From assembly GCA_965248695.1 (NCBI GenBank), contig CBDFKD010000002.1:4864001-4928000 (forward strand): a DNA stretch of 64,000 bases, given 5' to 3'. Under the pieces are notes generated by a model, which made no database searches, was not told the origin of the DNA, and saw only the letters and a list, made by a program, of their open reading frames with translations. The DNA is from Acidobacteriota bacterium. GTDB lineage: Bacteria; Acidobacteriota; UBA890; WLXD01. Position numbers and translations under genes: made by a program. Each line of letters begins with the position of its first letter. Positions within the stretch are counted from its first letter, which is position 1. Positions 58,533-64,000 of the stretch are shown one piece after another.

Positions 58533-61500
58533 ATGAGCCGCGACCTGTCGCAGCCGTCGTTCGTGCACCTGCACAACCACACCAACTTCTCCCTGCTCGA
58601 TGGTGCGACTCGTATCAATGACCTGATGCTGCGCTGTCGCGAGCTGGGGATGCACGCGGTGGCGTTGACCGATCACGGCAACATGTTCGGGGCGATCCAG
58701 TTCTATCGTCAGGCCATCGCCAACGACCTCAAGCCGATCCTCGGCATGGAGGCCTACCTGGCGCCAGCATCACGTTTCGATCGCACCGCGCGCCGTGCCG
58801 GAGAGTCGGCCTATCACCAGGTGCTCCTGGCCAGGAACAGCGTCGGGTACCGCAACCTGATGAAGCTGGCGAGCATCGGCTACCTGGAGGGGTTCTACTA
58901 TCGGCCTCGCATCGACCGGGAGACGCTCGCGCTGCACGCGGACGGCCTCATCGGAACGACGAGTTGCCTGTCGGGGGAGGTCTGCCGACTGCTGCTCAAC
59001 GGCGACACCGTCGGCGCCCGCCGGGCCGTGGGGGAGATGATCGAGATCTTCGGTCGCGGCAACTACTACGTCGAGCTTCAGGATCAAGGACTCGACGAGC
59101 AGCGACGCATCAATCCGGATCTGGTGCGACTTGCTGGCGAGTTCGACATTCCCCTGGTGGCAACGAACGACTGCCATTACCTGCGGCAGCAGGATTCCGG
59201 TCCGCACGACGTCCTTCTGTGTATCCAGACAGGTAAGGGAATCGGCGACCCCAACCGCATGAAGTTCCCCAACGACCAGTTCTACGTAAAGTCTCCAGAG
59301 GAGATGGCCAAGGTGTTCGCGGAAGTGCCCGCGGCGCTCGCCACCACCACCGAGATCGCCGATCGCTGTGACCTCGAGATCGACTTCGGCGCCACCCACC
59401 TGCCGGCCTTCCCGGTTCCCGAGGGCCGAACGCTCGACGGCTATTTCGACGAGGTAGTCAAGGGAGGCTTCGAAGAGCGCATGCGCGGTGTGCGCCAGGC
59501 CAACGGTGGCGCACCGTTCGATGAGTACGAGCGCCGTCTCGAGTTCGAGATGTCGGTGATTCGTGAGATGGGGTTCCCGGGCTACTTCCTGATCGTGTGG
59601 GATTTCATCCGCTTCGCTCGTGAGCGCGGCATTCCCGTCGGCCCCGGCCGCGGTAGTGCCGCCGGGAGCCTGGTCGCCTATGCGCTCGGGATCACGGATA
59701 TCGACCCGCTCACCTACGGTCTGGTGTTCGAACGCTTCCTTAACCCCGAACGCATCAGCATGCCGGACATCGATATCGACTTCTGCATGCGTCGCCGTGG
59801 CGAGGTGATCGAGTACGTCGCCAACAAGTACGGCCGCGATCGGGTGGCGCACATCATCACCTTCGGAACCATGGCCGCCAAGGCCGCCATACGCGACGTC
59901 GGACGCGCCCTCGAGATGTCCTTCGGCGACGTCGACCGTATCGCCAAGATGATCCCGGCCGAGCTCGACGCAACCATTGCCGGTGCCCGGAGCAGCGAAG
60001 AGTCGCTGCGCGACGCGATCGACCAGGACCCGCAGGTGGAGCGCCTGGTAGGTCTTGCGGCGGAGCTCGAGGGGCAGGTGCGGCATGCTTCGACGCACGC
60101 CGCGGGCGTGGTGATCGCGGACGAGCCGCTGACGAACTACGTGCCGTTGTACAAACCGCCGACCGGTCAGGGGTCCGACCAAGATCATTTCGTCGCCACG
60201 CAGTATCCGATGAACGACGTCGACTCCATCGGTCTGCTGAAGATGGATTTTCTCGGGCTGCGGACGCTGACGCTCGTACACGATTGCCTGGCCACGATCT
60301 CAGCCGAGCTCGAGCGCCCGTTCACGACCGCCGATATCCCTCTCGATGATCAGCCCACATACCGACTGTTCTCACAGGGGGCGACGTCGGGCATCTTCCA
60401 GTTCGAGTCGTCGGGGATGCGCGATGCGCTGCGACGACTGAAGCCAACGCGGCTGGACGACCTCATCGCGATGAATGCGCTGTACCGTCCCGGTCCGATC
60501 CGTTCCGGCATCGTTGACGAGTACATCGGACGAAAGCACGACCACTCGCGCATCAAGTACGTGCGCGCCGAGCTCGAGCCGGTGCTCGAGGACACCTACG
60601 GCGTCATCGTCTATCAGGAACAGGTGATGAGGATCGCCTCGGACATGGCGGGGTTCTCGCTCGGCGAGGCGGATGTGCTGCGCAAAGCGATGGGCAAGAA
60701 GAGCCCGGAGGTGATGGCGTCGATGGAGGAGAAGTTCCTCCACGGTAGCGAGTCCAAAGGAATCCCCGCCAATACCGCCAAGCCGATCTGGGACATGATC
60801 GTCGAGTTCGCCGGCTACGGCTTCAACAAGTCGCACTCGGCCGCGTACGCCCTGCTCGCGTACCAGACGGCCTACCTCAAGACCAACTACCCCATCCACT
60901 TCATGGCTGCCCTACTGACCACCGAGCAGGGCAACACCGACAAGGTCGTGCAGTACATCAACGAGTGCCGCGGCATGAACGTTCCCGTATTGCCCCCCGA
61001 CGTCAACGAGAGCGCCGTACACTTCACTCCAGCCGGTGAGTCGATTCGCTTCGGGCTGGCGGCGATAAAGGGCGTCGGCGAGGGGGCGGTCGAGGCGATC
61101 ATCGAGGCGCGCGAGCGTGTCGGAGCCTACCGGCACCTGCTGCAGTTCTGCGAGGAGGTGCAGCTGAGCGGCGGCATCAATCGCAAGACCATCGAGAGCC
61201 TGATCAAGGCTGGCGCCATGGACGCTCTCGTGGGTGACGGGCAACTCGACGCTGGCGTCGCCCGTGCCATGTTGGACGCTCAGCTGGAGGGTTCGCTTGC
61301 CGCTGGGCAGAAGCTGCAACGCGACCGCGCGGCGGGACAGGGCAGCCTGTTCGCCGGCGGCAGCGAGCGCACCGATCAGGAGCTCCACGTGCCGCTGCCG
61401 GCACCGCCTGAGCCGTGGTCGGAGCGCCAGGTCCTGAACGCCGAGCGCGAATCGCTGGGCTACTACGTCACCGGACATCCGTTGCAGCGCTGCGCCGCCG

Positions 61501-62075
61501 ATCTGGAAAAGCACGCCGATGTCACCACCCGACAGCTCGGGCAGGGACGGGCTGGGCGCGAGGTGGCGATCGGGGGGCTGGCGAACTCGATTCGCAGCCT
61601 CAACACGCGCAAGGGTGAGCGCATGGCGGTGGTTCAGATCGAGGACATGGAGGGCCAGGCCGAGGTGGTCATCTTCCCGGCGGTGTATCGACGTTGCGCT
61701 TCGCTGCTGGAGCCCGATGCCGTGCTGCTCATCAAGGGGCGGGCAGAGGCCAACGAGGACATGCCGCGACTGCTCGCCAGCGAGGTGAGCTTGCTCGCCG
61801 AGGCGACCAAACGCGAACGTCAGCGGACCGCCCAGACTTTGCGGATTGCCCTCGACATAAACGCTGTGAGCACGGACCTGGCAGCCTCGTTGCGCCAGGT
61901 GCTCGAGCGTCATCGTGGCTCGATCCCGGTGTACGTAGACGTGCGGCGCGCCGATCCGGCCGGCTTCCGAGTGCGCATTGCACCTAATCGGTACTTGTTC
62001 GTCGATCCGACCGCCGCGCTCCTCGGCGAGCTCGAGCAGCTGCTGGGGTCCGGATGCGCTCGGCTGACAGGATGA
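58533..62075 (+). CDS. dnaE: DNA polymerase III alpha subunit
   Basis: PHP domain HLHNHT.FSLLDG, GRGSAAGS, MPDIDIDF, LLKMDFLGLR, YGFNKSHS; no intein seen. Confidence 0.97.
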   Translation: MSRDLSQPSFVHLHNHTNFSLLDGATRINDLMLRCRELGMHAVALTDHGNMFGAIQFYRQAIANDLKPILGMEAYLAPASRFDRTARRAGESAYHQVLLARNSVGYRNLMKLASIGYLEGFYYRPRIDRETLALHADGLIGTTSCLSGEVCRLLLNGDTVGARRAVGEMIEIFGRGNYYVELQDQGLDEQRRINPDLVRLAGEFDIPLVATNDCHYLRQQDSGPHDVLLCIQTGKGIGDPNRMKFPNDQFYVKSPEEMAKVFAEVPAALATTTEIADRCDLEIDFGATHLPAFPVPEGRTLDGYFDEVVKGGFEERMRGVRQANGGAPFDEYERRLEFEMSVIREMGFPGYFLIVWDFIRFARERGIPVGPGRGSAAGSLVAYALGITDIDPLTYGLVFERFLNPERISMPDIDIDFCMRRRGEVIEYVANKYGRDRVAHIITFGTMAAKAAIRDVGRALEMSFGDVDRIAKMIPAELDATIAGARSSEESLRDAIDQDPQVERLVGLAAELEGQVRHASTHAAGVVIADEPLTNYVPLYKPPTGQGSDQDHFVATQYPMNDVDSIGLLKMDFLGLRTLTLVHDCLATISAELERPFTTADIPLDDQPTYRLFSQGATSGIFQFESSGMRDALRRLKPTRLDDLIAMNALYRPGPIRSGIVDEYIGRKHDHSRIKYVRAELEPVLEDTYGVIVYQEQVMRIASDMAGFSLGEADVLRKAMGKKSPEVMASMEEKFLHGSESKGIPANTAKPIWDMIVEFAGYGFNKSHSAAYALLAYQTAYLKTNYPIHFMAALLTTEQGNTDKVVQYINECRGMNVPVLPPDVNESAVHFTPAGESIRFGLAAIKGVGEGAVEAIIEARERVGAYRHLLQFCEEVQLSGGINRKTIESLIKAGAMDALVGDGQLDAGVARAMLDAQLEGSLAAGQKLQRDRAAGQGSLFAGGSERTDQELHVPLPAPPEPWSERQVLNAERESLGYYVTGHPLQRCAADLEKHADVTTRQLGQGRAGREVAIGGLANSIRSLNTRKGERMAVVQIEDMEGQAEVVIFPAVYRRCASLLEPDAVLLIKGRAEANEDMPRLLASEVSLLAEATKRERQRTAQTLRIALDINAVSTDLAASLRQVLERHRGSIPVYVDVRRADPAGFRVRIAPNRYLFVDPTAALLGELEQLLGSGCARLTG

Positions 62076-62653
62076 CGTTCGTGGAGGAGGTCCCGGAGGA
62101 CGCCGAGCAGCTCGAGGCGGTCCTGCGGGCGATACCCGACGATTCCGGTCTGGAGGGCGACGAGCAGGAGCAGTTTCGGCGGCTTCGCCGGCGTATCGGC
62201 CAGCGCCAGGCTGACTGGCGTCGGAGCATGGGCTCGCTCGGTCCGTTGTTCGACGACGAGGCCCATCGCGCCAAGGCGCTAGCCGGCAACCTCGCAACCG
62301 AGCTCAGCCAGGTTCTGGAGGTCTGGGCGCGTTTGCAGAGCGAGCACCGTCGGCCTACTGCGCGCGACCTGCCGCCTCTGCTGGCGTGGGTGGCGGAAGT
62401 CTCGGCGCGCTGGCAGCTCGAGGCGACGCGGTACATCGCGTTAGAGGGATGGGACCACGAGGCCGCCGAGGTGTTCAACGGGTTCCTCGGAGAAATCTGT
62501 GAGCGTTCCGTCGATCGAGCCTCGCAACGGCTCCGCGATGCCGATCCGGTGCGCGTCCGCGGTAGGGGTAGTTGGGGCATGCCGGGACGTTGGGTTAAGG
62601 CGCTAGGTGCCGCGCTGGGACGGCTTTTCCATCCCCGTCCGAGCTCGCGGTAG
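62072..62653 (+). CDS. hypothetical helical protein
   Basis: ATGA overlap with the dnaE stop; fills the dnaE-accA gap; no recognised motif. Confidence 0.6.
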   Translation: MTFVEEVPEDAEQLEAVLRAIPDDSGLEGDEQEQFRRLRRRIGQRQADWRRSMGSLGPLFDDEAHRAKALAGNLATELSQVLEVWARLQSEHRRPTARDLPPLLAWVAEVSARWQLEATRYIALEGWDHEAAEVFNGFLGEICERSVDRASQRLRDADPVRVRGRGSWGMPGRWVKALGAALGRLFHPRPSSR

Positions 62654-62679
62654 ATACGAGCTGCGGCGCCGCGAGGCCG

Positions 62680-62688
62680 TGCTAGGCT
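62680..62688 (+). promoter_or_regulatory. extended -10 (TGcTAGGCT) 6 nt before the accA ATG, leaderless-type
   Basis: TGn-TAnnnT-N6-ATG geometry; no SD. Confidence 0.5.
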
Positions 62689-62694
62689 TGCGCG

Positions 62695-63648
62695 ATGTTC
62701 CGAAAAGCAGAGGAGATCGAGAAGCCGATTCGCGATCTCGAACAGCAGATCGCCGAGCTCCAGAGCTACCCTGAGTCGATGCAGCGCGACGTCCGGTTGC
62801 AACGACTCGAGGAGAAGCTCGACAGCACTCGCCGCAAGGTATACCTCAACCTCAGCCGCTGGCAGACGACGCTGGTCGCCCGACACCCGCAACGACCGCA
62901 TACGCGCGACTACATCTCCGGGCTGTGCACGGATTTCGTCGAGCTGCACGGCGATCGCCTCTTTCGCGACGACCCGGCGATCGTTGCCGGCCTGGCCTCG
63001 TTGGATGGGCAGCCCGTGGCTGTTGTAGGACACCAGAAGGGGCGCAGCACGAAGGAGAAGCTGCACCGCAATTTCGGGATGCCCAATCCGGAGGGCTATC
63101 GCAAGGCGCTGCGGATCATGCATCTGGCGGAGAAGTTCGGCAGCCCGGTGCTCACCTTCATCGACACGCCGGGCGCCTATCCGGGCTCCGGTGCCGAGGA
63201 GCGCGGGGTGGCCGAATCGATCGCCAGGAATCTTCGCGAGATGGCGGGCCTGCGCGTGCCGATCATTGCCACCGTCATCGGGGAAGGCGGCAGCGGCGGG
63301 GCGCTCGCCATCGGCGTGGCGGACCGGGTCAACATGCTGGAGCACTCGGTCTACTCGGTGATCTCGCCGGAGTCGTGCTCGTCGATCCTCTGGCGTGACA
63401 GTGAGCATGCCGAAGAAGCCGCCGATGCGCTCCGTCTGGCGGCGCCGGACCTCGTCGAGATGGAGCTCGTCGACGAGATCGTCAGCGAGCCGATCGGCGG
63501 AGCGCACACCGACCATGCTGCTACTGTCACCAGCGTCGGCGCGTTGCTGCGGCGACAGCTCGCCGAGCTCGGCGCGTTGGACATTGCCGCGATAATCGAT
63601 CGGCGCTACGACAAGTTCCGAGCCATGGGGACCTTCGCCTCCTCGTGA
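62695..63648 (+). CDS. accA: acetyl-CoA carboxylase carboxyltransferase alpha
   Basis: ARHPQRP, ELHGDR, PEGYRKALR, DTPGAYPG, GEGGSGGA. Confidence 0.97.
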   Translation: MFRKAEEIEKPIRDLEQQIAELQSYPESMQRDVRLQRLEEKLDSTRRKVYLNLSRWQTTLVARHPQRPHTRDYISGLCTDFVELHGDRLFRDDPAIVAGLASLDGQPVAVVGHQKGRSTKEKLHRNFGMPNPEGYRKALRIMHLAEKFGSPVLTFIDTPGAYPGSGAEERGVAESIARNLREMAGLRVPIIATVIGEGGSGGALAIGVADRVNMLEHSVYSVISPESCSSILWRDSEHAEEAADALRLAAPDLVEMELVDEIVSEPIGGAHTDHAATVTSVGALLRRQLAELGALDIAAIIDRRYDKFRAMGTFASS

Positions 63649-64000
63649 CAGGACCGAGCGAGGCGGCTGTCGGCACATCCCTCCTGGAGGCTCGGCAGCC
63701 CTGGCGAGTGCGCCAGATCGATGGCGAGCTTGCCGCCGAGATCGGGACCGCGCTGGGGCTCCTGCCGACGACCGCGCGCGTGCTGGTGGCGCGCGGCCTC
63801 GAGACCGTCGAGGCGGCGCAGGGGTTCCTGAATCCCGGGCTCGACGAGCTTCATTCACCGTTCGAGTTTGCTCAGATGGAGCCTGCTGTCGACCGGCTGA
63901 TGGCCGCACTTCGGAACGGCGAGCGCGTCGCGGTCCACGGCGACTACGACGTTGACGGTATTACGGGCGCCGTGCTGCTGGTGATGGTCCTGCGTCATCT
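63645..64000 (+). CDS. recJ: single-stranded DNA exonuclease RecJ (5' part, runs off the window)
   Basis: GTG 63645 frame reads ...ARVLVARG...FLNP...HSPF...MEPAVDRL...VHGDYDVDGITG. Confidence 0.9.
   Translation, partial: MTGPSEAAVGTSLLEARQPWRVRQIDGELAAEIGTALGLLPTTARVLVARGLETVEAAQGFLNPGLDELHSPFEFAQMEPAVDRLMAALRNGERVAVHGDYDVDGITGAVLLVMVLRH

Noticed and set aside
58533-62075. Intein in dnaE
   Set aside because: Normal length, continuous conserved motifs, and no C...HN splice signatures

Overview
GC-rich bacterial chromosome window made up almost entirely of core genes. Gene order (secD-secF-rel; M24 peptidase-accB-accC-thiE; yicC-gmk-rpoZ-coaBC-udg-priA) suggests Acidobacteriota, which is my inference. 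Contents in order: secDF, rel, ridA; a pilMNOPQ operon (pilN and pilP broken in this sequence) followed by two lipoproteins; acc genes; an NSS transporter with an unannotated MetS-type small subunit; aroA/aroK; proS; comEA plus a FimT-like prepilin; gcvTHP; aroB; a glycosyltransferase cluster; lpxB-msbA-DUF374; a ureohydrolase/SDR/M20 module; a cytochrome c-PQQ dehydrogenase; guaA, dnaE, accA and a partial recJ. No rRNA, tRNA, CRISPR or transposase was seen. The most unusual signal is a non-coding, CTAG-bounded, hairpin-doublet repeat family. At 19272-19822 one 275-bp unit sits exactly in a hairpin loop of a 276-bp unit of the same design. Footprints of its ends recur near stop codons, and two same-orientation ends bracket the PQQ dehydrogenase gene like a cassette. 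SecF also carries an insertion resembling a ComEA-type helix-hairpin-helix domain.
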